DNA of 64,000 bases from Octopus vulgaris (GCA_951406725.2 OX597815.1:105276001-105340000), one strand, 5' to 3'. Counted from the first letter of the stretch, positions 25,204 through 39,275 are shown. Notes: generated from the letters alone by a model not told the origin. A program made the numbers and translations.

Positions 25204-25593
25204 TACGTGTATATATATATATATATATACACGTACACAAGCATATTTAGGGAGATATAACTTCTCCCCTACAATATCAAAATGTCTTGTCATTCGCCTT
25301 GTATAAATATCATTTTCAATGATCTTACCTTCCTATAATAGTTTCAATTTAATCGATTTGTTGCAAACATGACTACAGTGAAGTATAGTAATGTTTATTT
25401 TTCCATTATAGTCTCTACGTGTTCAAATTGGGTTTCAAAGATACTTAAGATCACTCAACACATACTCTTCCAAGATCAATACGGTTTTATAGAACTGGAA
25501 ACAATGTATTCTACCACACAATCCACAGTCAAGAACCTACACACTACCAGTAGAATGTTAAAATTTGATATAATAAACACACACATATACATA

Positions 25594-25644
<51 letters not shown>

Positions 25645-25683
25645 ATATATGTGTATGTGCATGTATATACATATATATATATG

Positions 25684-25735
<52 letters not shown>

Positions 25736-25937
25736 TAGTATGTATGTTATAAAATTAACCGGTCTTATAGTTTCGTGCGTGGCGCTTATCAAACAATCAG
25801 TTTGATAAGTGTTATACACCAAAATATACATACATACATATATGTGTGTGTGCGTGCGTGCGTGCGTGTGTATGTGTGTGTGTGTGTTATGTAGGTATAA
25901 GTTAGAGGTGTTTAAAACCTCTAAGGGATGGTTAAAT

Positions 25938-25990
<53 letters not shown>

Positions 25991-26794
25991 TACATACATA
26001 CATACAGGCAAAGAAGAGCGTTTTTCTGTTAATTTATATAATAAATGTAGTATATGACTATAGACTTTCTGTTCTTTATTTTTGTATATGTCACAATTAC
26101 CTGAATGTTGTAAAAGACCTACCCGAATTACGGGCATTGCAAAAGGTCAGAAGGTGATTCTCCATACAAAATGGTGCACTACCGTATAATACTAATATTT
26201 TTAGATAACTTTTCATACCATACTTGAAGGAGAATGCTTAGTTCTCATTTTGACTGAACATTGAACCATATTCCTTATTTGATGTGAATTTAATAAACTT
26301 ATATATATATAAATATACGTGTATGAATTTGTGCATGAAGATTCCTGATGTGAAGTCGGGTGTTGAAACAGATATTGTATTATGTCGGGATGATAATTTT
26401 TTTCTTGCCAAATAAACACACCTGCTATATATTCGTTGTTCCCTCGTCTATTATTGTTCTTATTTTGACTCATGTCCACTGTCCGTGAATCTTTCGTCAC
26501 ACATCTGTGACCTCCTCAGTGACACTTTCCGTCTTGGTGTGTAATCTTGCTTTGCTTATTTCATTTCAGCTATTTAGTGATTCTTAACTCTCTAAGAGGA
26601 CTTTCCTCTCTGACACAATCACGCAATTAATAAGTGCATAAACAAATCACATGCATTAAGTATGTAACACTGGTAATGCTTATACATATGTATATATGAA
26701 TTTGTATATTTACATATATATTTAATTTAAACATATTTACATGCATATATACAAACACTTGGTCTTGATGTTTTCTCTGTGGTATACAAGAGTC

Positions 26795-27700
26795 CCATCA
26801 GTTTTCCAATTAAGGCAAACCGCAACAGCACGTCTCAGAGCAAAAATCAAGACCAAGTCAACCTTGGTCAGAGATCTCTTTGCAGATGATGCAGCACTGA
26901 TTGCTCACAGCGAGTCTTTCACAAGCCTGCAAAGCATCTTTCACAAGCCTGCAAAACATCTTCTCTTGTAATCAGCATCAAGAAGATCGTCACAAGATGG
27001 CCCATCTCAAGGCAGCATCGTGCTTTATAATAAGCCTTTGGAGATTGTAAAGAAATTCTGTTATCTCGGGTCCACAATGGCTTCGACAACCTACCTAGAT
27101 GACGAAATACGTGTCAAAATAGGAAAAGATGCAACAGCTATTGGTAGATTCAGCAAATAAAATGCATTGGACAATATGCTCACAGTGAAAACCAAATGGA
27201 TATTGAGCACCCCCATCTATTGATCAGAGACCAAGGCACTAAACACAGGACAAGAGAAGCTCAATGTCTTTCATTTGAGATACATGCAAATGATCCTTGG
27301 CATCGCTTAGCAAGTCAAAGTAACCAACACAGAAGTCTTCAAACAGACGGCACTTCCGAGCATGACTGCAATTCTGTGCAAAAAGAGTCTCAGATAGCTT
27401 GGACATGTGAAACGAATGGATGACAATAGAATTTCCAAACGGCTGTTATATAGCGATTTGGCTCAAGATAGCAAATCCAGCGGACGATTACAAGTGATAT
27501 TCAAGAATATATGCAAGACCGACCTAACCAAGTGCCACATCAATGCAAAGACTTGGGAAAAGTTAACTGAGGACAGAACAGTATCGAAAACCTCAGTGAG
27601 CATGGGAGTCAAACAGCTCGAGGAAGAAAACGTGGTGACCCCCGAAGCAAAACACCAAAGAAAGACAACCCACGCAAACTTGCAGAAGCTTCCTTGCTTG
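26795..27700 (+). mobile_element. RTE/BovB-type LINE fragment
   Basis: RLRAKIKTKSTLVRDLFADDAALIAHS, FCYLGST, GHVKRMDDNRISKRLLYSDL. Confidence 0.85.
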
Positions 27701-27848
27701 CAGATTTTACTTGCTCATCAAATATAGAAATGATCAGCCGTGAGACAAGCTACAGGAGGAAGAATATGGGTACTTAAGACATTATCCGCTGCTCACGCTG
27801 TCAAGACGTAAAGATCCGAATATGATATATACATACATACATACATAC

Positions 27849-27879
<31 letters not shown>

Positions 27880-27916
27880 CATACATACATACATACATAC
27901 ATACGTACGTACATAC

Positions 27917-27962
<46 letters not shown>

Positions 27963-28234
27963 ATGCAATTTTTAGCCTTGGATATTGCTTTAGTTCAGAG
28001 GTCAAATTTAAGCTGGTATGGACTTCTTTCAAGGGGAGATGAAAGCCATTTTTTAATGTAGAGAAACAACTCTTTCATTTGTTTGTGGTATATTATTTAT
28101 CGGTGAGAGAGTACATACATAAGTATATAAAGACGTCTGTTAAAAGACCACCAAACAAATCTGGCATATAAAAGTAAAGCTCGAAAGACAGACCATCAAA
28201 ATTAAGCAATTTTCTCCCCGTGCAACCCATCATT

Positions 28235-28363
28235 GCATCTCATATTTCCTGCTTTTGACATCTCGGAGGACCTGCTGATCTATGTATATATGCTGCTTGT
28301 ATTTTTGGAACTATTCCTGCATCCTTTTTGCGTTTCTGGCAGCAGATCTCCCTCCTCAAGATA
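28235..28363 (-). mobile_element. Dong-type RT fragment
   Basis: YLEEGDLLPETQKGCRNSS...IDQQVLRDVKSRK matches LFPEEQKGCRKGS in the 52806 ORF. Confidence 0.65.
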
Positions 28364-28377
28364 CTTGTGTGTGTGTG

Positions 28378-28426
<49 letters not shown>

Positions 28427-29170
28427 AAGAGATTTATATCCAGTTTTATTCAACAGTTAATTACCTTTTCCGTATCTGCACCTACACATGTTTCTGCGGC
28501 AATTAACTAATGCATATTGTAAAATTTTCATCTTTATATGCACTTATCGTTAGTTGTCACTTTTCAGGGTGGAATCAACCGCATTACTCAGATAAAATCT
28601 AAATTAAATACAAGTTCAGTCGACATACACGTGGTGTTCTCATTGTTCCAAAAATAGCCAAGATTTTCAACTCTACTAGTTAAAAACAAAATGACTAGCT
28701 GTCCTAAGAATTTTAGTATTCTGCAGACGTAGACCATTTTAAAATTAATTAATGCTTAGCATCAGATTATCTTAAGTATGTTTTTTACTGTTATTATCAT
28801 CCCTCTCCCTAGTATTGCTGTGTTTACTGCATTTATTATTATTGCTGATATTGTTAGTAATGAGCTATAAGTCTATTATTTCATTTACCAATTTTATAAT
28901 TGAATTAAATCTATTTAAATTTAAGGATATCGGTAATTTCATTCCCATATTGTTCCGTAATCCCTAGAATAAACTATTTCTCCACTCGAAATTTCTAGTC
29001 TCTATAAAGGCATATGAATTTACCACTATGAAAATAGACTTAGGTTAGTAAATCAAACTAACCAGAGTTTTCTTTTTATAGACTCGCGGATGTTAGCCGG
29101 CATTAATAACCGGTACCCACTTGAATTCTATATCCCTCACAATCTTAATTTGGATACTTATATATTTATG

Positions 29171-29341
<171 letters not shown>

Positions 29342-29353
29342 GTCTGTGTGTGT

Positions 29354-29667
29354 GGAGGCGCAATGGCCTAGTGGTTAGGGCAGCGGACTCGCGGTCGTAG
29401 GATCGCGGTTTCGATTCCTAGACCGGGCGTTGTTAGTGTTTATTGAGCGAAAACACATAAAAGCTCCACGAGGCTCCGACAGGGGGTGGTGATCCCTGCT
29501 GTACTCTTTCACCACAACTTTCTCTCACTCTTTCTTCTGTTGGCCTGCTCGCTTAGCCAGCGGGGTGACATCATTCGAAGGCTAAAACAATGCGAATGCA
29601 TTGTGACCAGCGATGTGCAGCAACATCTGATGATCATCATCATCATGTCGGTCACATGATGATGATG

Positions 29668-29670
<3 letters not shown>
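29354..29670 (+). mobile_element. tRNA-derived SINE family C
   Basis: Head ggaggcgcaatggcctagtggttagggcagcggactcgcggtcgtaggatcgcggtttcgattcc; (GAT)n-like tail. Confidence 0.9.
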
Positions 29671-29704
<34 letters not shown>

Positions 29705-29708
<4 letters not shown>

Positions 29709-29973
29709 AAGTGTGTTATGAGCATTAATAGAACATGTATCCTGTAGAAACTCAACAAATAATTAAAGATAGAGAAGAGAAGAAAAAAATTTAATCTATG
29801 CATACGAACGCTAATATTAACATGTAAATACATGGTAAAAAAATTAATTTGATTACAATTATAATTATATTAATTACGTATTATTGTAATTACACCTTCT
29901 CTTTTGCATCTCTAATTGTTTGTTAAGCTGCTATAGGATACGTGTTCTATAAATGCTCATAACACACTTTATA
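29705..29973. mobile_element. MITE-like element with ~78-bp terminal inverted repeats
   Basis: tataaagtgtgttatgagcattaatagaacatgtatcc... pairs with ...ggatacgtgttctataaatgctcataacacactttata; AT-rich spacer; TA context. Confidence 0.8.
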
Positions 29974-30099
29974 CTTGTAATATTTTCATATTCGAAAAAT
30001 TACTAACAACAGTAAGCTACCAATGTAATATGAGGAATATTTATTAGAAATCGACCTTTGGGACCCCCAAAGTAAACGATGAAATGGAACTCAACCTTT

Positions 30100-30174
<75 letters not shown>

Positions 30175-30175
30175 C

Positions 30176-30237
<62 letters not shown>

Positions 30238-30329
30238 CAATAACACCAGTAAGCAACTGTCACATCAGTGGAAGGCAAGTAATTTATGGGTAGTACTCTG
30301 CTTAATTTACTTCATTTGATCATTAACTT

Positions 30330-30540
30330 CTATTGTGCGTTGAATGTGTAATACCTTGGTTATATAGCTTGCTGGTGGATGTTTATTTTACTGGATAATT
30401 GTTGCATACAGCATGTCTTGTGTTTGTGGGATGTTTTATTTAGGTTTAGTTATTGAATTGCTTGTGTCTTGCGCAGGATGTGAGCTGTTCCTAGAAGGGC
30501 TATTTGGGGGATAGTGTATAGTGTTGAGGATCCAGGTTTA
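30330..30540 (-). mobile_element. Dong-type LINE 3' end
   Basis: Minus strand QIALLGTAHILRKT, matching the C-terminus of the other copies. Confidence 0.65.
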
Positions 30541-30550
30541 ACTTCTAAGT

Positions 30551-31000
<450 letters not shown>

Positions 31001-32830
31001 TCATATACGCTCAACAGATTGGAAAAGAAAAGCTCCTAACATCGGGCTACAACAAGTAACCTTAGATGCCAAGAACTCTCCTAAGTATTCTAGCTGCCCC
31101 TAATAACACTATTTTCTGTAGCTGCACTAAATTTGGTTTTACGCTTATTTCCTCTATCCATCTGTTCAAATTTTTAGGGATAGTTCCCAATGCACCAATA
31201 ACTACTGGGATATATTTTACCCGCACATTCCATAGTCCCTATAACTCCTGGTACGTTGCTATTTTCTCTATACCTCTCACATTAACTTTTCATCACTTGG
31301 GACTGTAAAGTCAATTTCTGTCACCTTATATTGTCTTTATCGTCTACCTCTAAATCAGACCTTGAAGCTTCTATTACATTGTCAATCTGAGTGATAAAGT
31401 CCAACAACATCTTATATTTCTTACTTTTTAGTTCTTGACCAGGTTCATGTTCATGCCATTTATCCGTACGGTCAAATCCTATCTTTCCATATATCTCCTA
31501 GTGGATTACTCTCCCTCGGTTGTGATGTCTTTTCTGGTATTTTTTGTGTCAGCATGCTACATCCACATTCTATATGAGTGAAACTTTCCTTTTTCAATTT
31601 GCATAATCTACATTTGGAATCTACTTGGTTTTTTGTCCATCTTGGCTTTTAGCTTTTATCCAATAAGTCCTTAATGTTTGACCTTGTGCAGCTACTAACA
31701 AACATTCTGTCTCTATTTTCAGCCTTCCTTTCTGAAACCACAACCATGTCTCATTACTATTTCTTGCAGCTATCTTTGGGAATATACCATACAATGCCTT
31801 CTCTTTGCCAGTCAGATGACTTTTTTCTGGTTTTTAACTTCATTTGGCTCTTTAGTTTCTCTATGTCCCATGTGACTCTAACAGTTCTTAATAAACTTTC
31901 TTTACTATTACTTACAGAGAAGGTGGTTATATCTACTCTAGCTAACTCCACGCAGTCTTCTACTGACAGTAGCCCTCTTCCACCTTCCTTTCTAGGAAAA
32001 TATAATCTTACTACTCCTGTCCTTAGGTGGAGTCCTCTATTCATATTGAATTCCTTCCCAGTTCTTCTGTCTAGCTTATCTAATTCAGATGTGGTAAACT
32101 CTACGAAAGCTGTTGTGTATCTAAGTAACGACACTGCTCAAGTGTTTGCAGCCGTCACTAGATCCGGATCATTTAACTTTGACTTCTTTAGCTTCCTCAC
32201 CCTTCTGATGTACTTCTCAATTTTTGTTTTCATTTCTATAATAAGTAGCCTGTCAGATTCTAATACTTCTAGATATTTATAACCCTCTCATTCTTTCAAT
32301 GATTTTAATTTCTAGCCATCTGGTAATTTATGCCCTCACTGTCGACTACCTGTCCCTTTTTTCCCGACTAATATTGCACACTATTTTAGGCCAAATTTCA
32401 TGCCTATATATTTGCAGAAGAGTCTTACAGTTTGTATTAAGGAATCTATCACTTTTTCATCCTTACCAAAAAGCTTCTGATCAACCATGTAGAGCAAATG
32501 ATTAATTTTTCCTTTACTATTTATGAACTGATACCCTTACTTTGCTTTCCTTAATACTAAACTGAGTGGGGTTAAACACAAGACAAATATTCAAGGGGAT
32601 AACGAGACTCTTTGGAAAATTCCTCTCTTGATATTAACTTTCCCTAATGCTGTGTCGCCTGAGTAGAGATTTACTTTCCATTTCTTCATGCTAAAGCTAT
32701 TTAATTCTCTAATGTTGTCTGCAATACTGAATATACTCAAACATTCACTTACCCACGTGTGTGAGATTATGTTATAAGTTTTCTTATATGTTATCCATGT
32801 TATTGTCATAGGCTTTTTTATAATTTATCC
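31001..32830 (-). mobile_element. R4/Dong-type RLE LINE, second subfamily, decayed
   Basis: WITYKKTYNIISH, IKRGIFQRVSLSP, RLYFPRKEGGRGL, RLE region (RSDL...IPVVIGALG); its 3' end runs into (TAA)n. Confidence 0.85.
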
Positions 32831-32834
32831 ATTC

Positions 32835-32898
<64 letters not shown>

Positions 32899-32923
32899 AA
32901 TAATAATAATAATAATAATAATG

Positions 32924-32959
<36 letters not shown>

Positions 32960-32964
32960 ACGTA

Positions 32965-35170
32965 TGGTCCACAGAGAACTGCAGATATGCAGGTTAGTTG
33001 AAGCACCCAACACCTTTCCAGCCTGAACTTTCAAAAAGCTGATTGGAAGGTATTCAGAAAGAGGTCATAGAACAAAACTGGTCTACAAGTCTCTCTACAA
33101 AATATATTGATATAAAACTACGGAAATTTATGCCAATCATGCATGACATATGCAGTAATTTTGCGCGAGAGAGAATGACAAACCAAAAGAAAAAACATAA
33201 CACCCAGAGATAGGAAGATTCCAATGAGACGATTAGCAAATATCTCAAACCGTTTAAGTGGGCCAGTAAAGGATAGCGAAAAATCTCAAGCAAACACTGC
33301 TTGAGATTGAAAGTAGGCTAAACACTCCCATGAGTGCAGTAAAGGAAGCTAGTGCTGTAAAAAAGGTAAAACCAAATCCTAAAGTCTTATATAGATTTGC
33401 AAAAGAGTATGCTTCACTACGGCACAAGATAGGGCCACTGTTCGAAGAAAATGACTCACCAATTGTAGACCTCTGAGGATAAGTGAAATACTGAAAATAC
33501 AATACAAAAGTATTTTCACAACTCCGCTGTAACACTTGCAAGCAGATATACCTGATAACTTCTTTTGCGATACCGCTCTACACAAAGAGGTGGCAATTAT
33601 TAATAATATCAACATAGAGGAAACTTGCAATATCAGCCAGTGATGAAATAAGCTTAGACTCAGCCACATGTCTTGAAGGATTTCCAACAATCCTCCTGAA
33701 GAAATGCAAAGGGGCTCTAACAAGACCACTACAGAACTTCTTTTAAAGCTTCCTCGCTACTGGGTGATTTCCCAGCAAGTTAAAGGAAGGCATAACATGT
33801 TCTGTCGATAAAGGAGGTGGCAGGTGGGATGCTAAGAAGTTTAGGCCTGTCTCTCTAGCTTCCCATGTCAGCAAAGTCATGGAACGCATTGTCAAGAGGA
33901 AATTGATCGCATTCTTGGAGGTTAATAACTTACTCCCTAACACCCAGCATAGCTTCTGCTCAGGAAGAATCTGCCTTATACAGCTTCTGCAGTAATATGA
34001 CTGGATGTTGAAACAACTAATGAATCACCCGAACGTGGATATGGTATATCTTGATTTTGCAAAGGCCTTTGATTATATTGATCACTGGACGATATGTCAG
34101 AAGCTACGGAGACTTGGCATAGTCATAAAACTGGGAGAGTGATTATACGACTTCTTAAATTGGAGGTGACAGACAATAGGGAGGGTCTTCTCCAAGGAAA
34201 CAGTAGTAGGGAGAGACTCAGAGAACTGTATTGGGACCGCTGCTGTTTATTGTGGCTCTTTCGGACATGTTAACAGTCACACTTACTAGTTATACCGACG
34301 ATACGAAATAGTACATGGAGCCAATGAACCTACTGATGCTAATCTTCTACAAATGCCATATATAAACAGGCTGAAGAAAGCAACAAGCATTTTAACGCAG
34401 GGAAATTCCAAACCATGGCCAAAAGGAGTAGCAATCCCATTGTGAAGTACGGTACGAGATGTGGGGATCGATATGAGTAATAACGTCTCGTTTCACATGG
34501 AATTCACCAAGATAGTGCCATTGTGAGAACTTTCAAAACAAGAGACCAGGAAACTCTGGTAGTTCTATGGAAGACATTTTTATTCAGCCGTCTAGACTAC
34601 TGCTATCAATTGTGGTCATTCCACAGTGTCAGATTAATAGACGCTGAGGCAGTTCAGCTAAACCGGGAAGATTACACTAATGGAACGGCTGAGCTACTGG
34701 GATAGACTGAAAGAACTACAACTCTACTCCCTGGAGCGAAGACAGGAGAAATATGCAGTGAAATATGTATAGAAGATCCTAGGTTGACGGGACTAAACTT
34801 TGTCTTCGAGAGTTTTACCATTCCTCGTACTGGACGTCACTGCACTGTTCGAAAAGTTCCAGCTATCCCATTCATAGTGAGGACTTTGTATTTCAATAGC
34901 TTCGGTTTCAAGAGCCCATGCCAAAACACATGAGGGATTTTCACGGAGTACAGGTAGATGTTTTCGAGAAACAACTTGACCTCCTACTGTTCAAAGTCCC
35001 AGATGAACCTACAACACGGCAAGAAACTCAAAAGAGGGCAACAATGTCAAATCCCCTTCTTCATAAAAAGCCAGAATTCATAAGAATGGCTATGGAAAAG
35101 TTGGCTACAGAGGCGGTGCTCCAGCATGGCCTCTGTAGCAACCTTTGGGTTGAAACGCATAAAAGAATAG
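32965..35170 (+). mobile_element. CR1-group LINE, 5'-truncated, related to 1990-5360
   Basis: LNFQKADW, FRPVSLASHVSKVMERIV, YLDFAKAFD, YTDD, RLDYCYQLWS, KVPDEP; shares its 3' tail with the first copy. Confidence 0.88.
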
Positions 35171-35544
35171 AACAATTTACAAAAAATCATTTACTGTAGA
35201 AATTCTGTTATTTATATTATCTTGGAACAATGTGCTTTTCAATTCATATAGAGAGAGTAAGTAGAAAATGTTACTGGAGTAAAACAAAGAAGAAATCTTC
35301 ATATTCATTTGAAACCTGGCGGAATCGAAATGTAGCAACTTTATATCTCGTATAAATGCAATGTCTTAAGACTAACTGAAAATTGAGTTAACAACGACCG
35401 GTCCAATCTCATTTTTTGCTATAAGTGAAAGCTATTGAAAGAAAGCAAACAGATTGCATGAGTTGCTGATCAAAAAGACAGAAACAGCTTTTAGCTTCGT
35501 TAATAATCCGAGTGCATGACAAAGAGGGTTCTTGCTCTTATTTA

Positions 35545-35730
35545 TTCAATAAGCACGTCGTATAAGCTCAAGTTAGTCCTTATCGAGCAGACTTATGAGT
35601 AAAAGTATTCCAAAAGTAACCATCTTGTATTTTTCATATTCTTTTCTAAAAATGGCAGTAATTTGAGGAAGATTTGACTGCTAAAGTAACGAGTCGTGCG
35701 GCCATGCAGGGAATCTCTCGTTGGTTCATG
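35545..35730 (+). repeat. Old dispersed repeat, also at ~58915-59110 and ~62710-62900
   Basis: Shared core atcgagcagac(c/t)tatga...aaag..attcca...accatc...tttgaggaagatttg..tgcta. Confidence 0.6.
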
Positions 35731-35938
35731 AGGTAAAGGTTTTGAGTTAATGGTGCTAAGATTACGTGTGCCCTGATAGTGAGTTCATAGCAGCAGCATC
35801 TACAACTGATTTAGGCTCCTAGTGATTACTGCAGTTGAATTAATACTTTATAGCAGGTCTAGTAGCTTCACACTATTTTGTTTATATTACAAACAATAGT
35901 GTAAATGTGTAGCTTCTGAAATTATATTACATGAATAC

Positions 35939-36159
35939 CTTTTTGCTCATATGCTTTTTCCATTAATACTGACTTTGGTTCCGGATCGGTAAGCCATAAA
36001 CATGACAGTTTTAGAATTATGACTGACTGAAACACAGTAATCATTTGCGCCATCAAAATTGTATGCAATAATCTGTCAGAATCAAAGTACGGTAAATCGA
36101 TCTTTTTAAGATTAGCTAAAGTAAGAGAAGACAAAAACCGATTCCTCTGTGGCCGAGGT
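35939..36159 (-). CDS. Candidate orphan internal exon (221 nt, open in one frame)
   Basis: Strong acceptor cctttcactttatctctttcaatacag|; open frame PRPQRNRFLSS...EKAYEQK; donor AAAAG|gtattc; no recognised domain. Confidence 0.25.
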
Positions 36160-36498
36160 CTGTATTGAAAGAGATAAAGTGAAAGGAATATTGTGAAAAG
36201 GACAGACAATGGAGCAGGTCTAAGTTTCCTTTGTATAACTAATGCAAGGCTGAAATGGATCGCACTTTCTTTGATCCAATCAAAAACTGCACAACAGCAA
36301 TTTTGTCATAAGTGTTTAGATGAGTGTTCTTTATCTGTTTTTGTGTGGTGAATCTGAGTATGAAATTAGACTTTTATTCTATTAATCTTAGTTATCTCTG
36401 CTATCAATTCTGGTCATTTAACGTAACCGGGTGAAAAATACATACATACATACATACATACATACATACATACATACATACATACATACATACATACA

Positions 36499-36530
<32 letters not shown>

Positions 36531-37179
36531 CACTTCTAATATAAGGATAACAATTTTCAAAAAATATTCTATCACTGGCCAGCATATTAAAATACCTTTC
36601 AAGGGGAAAATTTAAACAACTAGAAAAGCACTCGGAGAGCGCAGACCTGCACCAAGCAGCTCATTTCCACCTCAGATCACACCGCTCCTGTCACCATTAT
36701 AACCACCGATACTATTTTATCCTTCTCCCATACTTATCTTGACCATCGTCATCATCAACACTGTCTCTGCTTTCACCACAATCACCGCCAAAACTACGAT
36801 CACGACAATCAGTTTCTTTACACTGTTGAAAATCCATTGTCCGATACTCATGGGATCGAGATTGTTGCAGATTTTTGATTTTTCTAATTTCGGAGTTCTT
36901 TATAAAAAAAATTGCATCTACAAAACGGAACAGTTTGTGGATAGAAACCAGGTCTAAACACATTAGCTTATAGGCATATTCTGAATGTAGTTCTATATAA
37001 ATCTTTAATAATTTTTTTTATACTTAAGACCATCAGAAATGTTAAGATATCAGTCTTTATCCACGTTATCATGCTTTGATTAAAAGGTTACAGCATTGAT
37101 TAAATTACTTAGATAAGTTTGGCAGAAGTTGACTCAGGCGATGTCTAATTTAAAACCACCAACTGGAAGAGATACACAG

Positions 37180-37557
37180 TCACCTCTGGGGAACCGTAGC
37201 CCTTTCAAGCAGAGGGTTATTGTTTTCAGAGACATATCTGGGTGTGGGTGATTTATCTGGTATTTGTTGGGGGTAATCATCTTGGGATCGTTGGAATGCC
37301 GTCAAGTCACTTTCCTCCTTTATGTGTGTCTGGTACGATGTTGAAGAGAGCAGGGCCAATTGAGGTGAAATAGTTGTCATAGTTGTCATATACGACACGA
37401 AAATTTCTGTAGTGGATGGATGGCACGGGGGCCAAGTTTCGGACGAATTTTAAATATGGGTAATGTTGATGGAATATTTTCCACGTCATACAAAAGATAT
37501 AGAGCTCACAGCGGCGGTGGACTTTTTGAGTCGATCCCAATAGTCAAGGCTTGTCAT
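37180..37557 (-). mobile_element. CR1-group LINE 3' fragment
   Basis: LDYWDRL, YFTSIGPALFNIVP and QIPDKSPTP, typical of a CR1/L2 C-terminus. Confidence 0.7.
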
Positions 37558-37570
37558 TTAATCCTCCGCC

Positions 37571-37928
37571 GACCTCCGCCAAGCAGTTCATTTTAGGATT
37601 ACTAATAGAGAAACGAAAAATAAATTTTGGAATCAGCAACGCCACCGTAGGCTACGTGGAAACGATGAACGTGTTTTCAGGGAGATAATCAAAGAACGTA
37701 ACATTGTAATACTTCATGTAAAGTAGATATAACAAATGAAAAATCCTTCAAGAATCCATAAAAATTCCCGCATCACTACCAAAATTTAATCATCTGTTCT
37801 TTGTATCATTACTTTTCCTGCAAGTTTCATCAAATACCGTTCACAACTTTTTGAGTTATTTTGGACACAGACAGACAGACGGACAAACCAACGCCGATGA
37901 AAACATAATCTCCTTCCTTGGCGGAGTT
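37571..37928 (+). mobile_element. DINE-1/HINE-like (Helentron-associated) non-autonomous element
   Basis: Inverted pair cctccgccaag ... cttggcggag around a (GACA)n core; a matching head actagaaaagcactcggagagcgcagacc lies at 36619-36668. Confidence 0.6.
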
Positions 37929-38199
37929 ACTTATAAATAAGGGCAAAAGAAAACATTTTTCTATGCCAATATGCTGAAAAATAGATCTTAAACCGTCTAA
38001 CCACATACAATATTTTTCACTTGAAAATATATATATATATATTTATATGTATGCATGTATGTATGTATGTATGTATGTATATACACATATATATGTATGT
38101 ATGTATGTACGTATGTATAACTTTGATAACTTATGTATGTTTCCACCAAAGATTGGTCCACGCCACGTCTAACTTCATAGTACCACTTGATAGGATTTG

Positions 38200-39275
38200 C
38201 TAAATCCTTTTTAAATCAAGTTTTGTGGTATCATGGTCTATTCGAATAGAGAGTTCTTTTTTGAGTGAGCTGTATCCAGGTATACGTTGCTTATCTGGTA
38301 TTCCTTGAAGAAATTTGTCCAGATTGCGTTTAAAGGTGATGGAATCCTTTTCCTCTTTGGTCTGTTTTGGGACAATGTTAGATAGGGCAGGACTTGTTCA
38401 GGAAAAGAAATTGTGTTGTAGTGTACTTATGTGTTGTGATCCTGAATTGGGTAAGAGACGCACAGCCTGTGATCCTAGCCTTGGATGAATTCTGAAACTA
38501 ATATTGAGGTCGTTTGGGCAATGCTGGTGGTATATTCTCCACATCGTGCAAATGATGTTTCGCTCACTGCCGCGCTGGAGAGAATAGAACTTCAAGGTTT
38601 TAAGCGGTCCCAGTAATCGAGATCAGTCATGCCCTTAATTCTTTTAGTGAATGCCCTCTGGGGTGAATGTTTTGTTTTTGAATAGGGAGAATGGTGCCAG
38701 CAATAATCGATGTGTGGCTGTACAAAGGAGAAAAGAGGAATGATGACACTTTGTTCTCTAGATTGGAAGGTACTTAGGATCCAGGAGCTCATCCTACCTG
38801 CTATATCAACCTTATTGTTGATGTGGACACGTCAGCAGGTCTCTGATATAATTAGATTTTGTTAGTAGTTCCCCTGAAGGAAGAGAGTATGGTCGTTTTA
38901 GCATAGTCTTTCTTCCAAAATGCATCAGTTCAAATTTTCCCTCGTTCAGTTGCATTTTGGTTTTGTTTGCCTATTGACTTACAGCATTTAGTTCAGACTT
39001 GAGTTCAGTTCGGTCTTCTTCGTTGATAATATTTTGTAGCTTGGAGTTTTTATGACGCTTGAGATGTCGTTTATATAGACTATAAACAGAAACGAGTTCA
39101 AGACAGTTCTTTGAAGGACACTACTGGTGAGATTTGCTGGGCTTGAGTGGATTCCTCCGATCACCGCGTGTTGTGTTCTGTTCTCCAGGAAATACTCAAT
39201 CCAGTATAGTAGTTTTCCACAGATTCCAGCATTTAACAATTTTAACAGTAGGATATAGTGGTCGACTCTGTTGAA
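38200..39275 (-). mobile_element. CR1-group LINE fragment
   Basis: FNRVDHYILLLKL, SSVLQRTVLNSFLFIVYIND, LDYWDRLK, YSLQRGSERN. Confidence 0.8.

Noticed and set aside
26213-26540. 95-aa minus-strand ORF, possibly a retroelement remnant
   Set aside because: No diagnostic motif that I can recognise.
28261-28361. Apparent hairpin (ggaggacctgctg ... cagcagatctccctcc)
   Set aside because: Pairing is patchy and the segment translates as a Dong RT fragment on the minus strand.
31674-32282. 202-aa plus-strand ORF
   Set aside because: Antisense shadow of the Dong LINE ORF.
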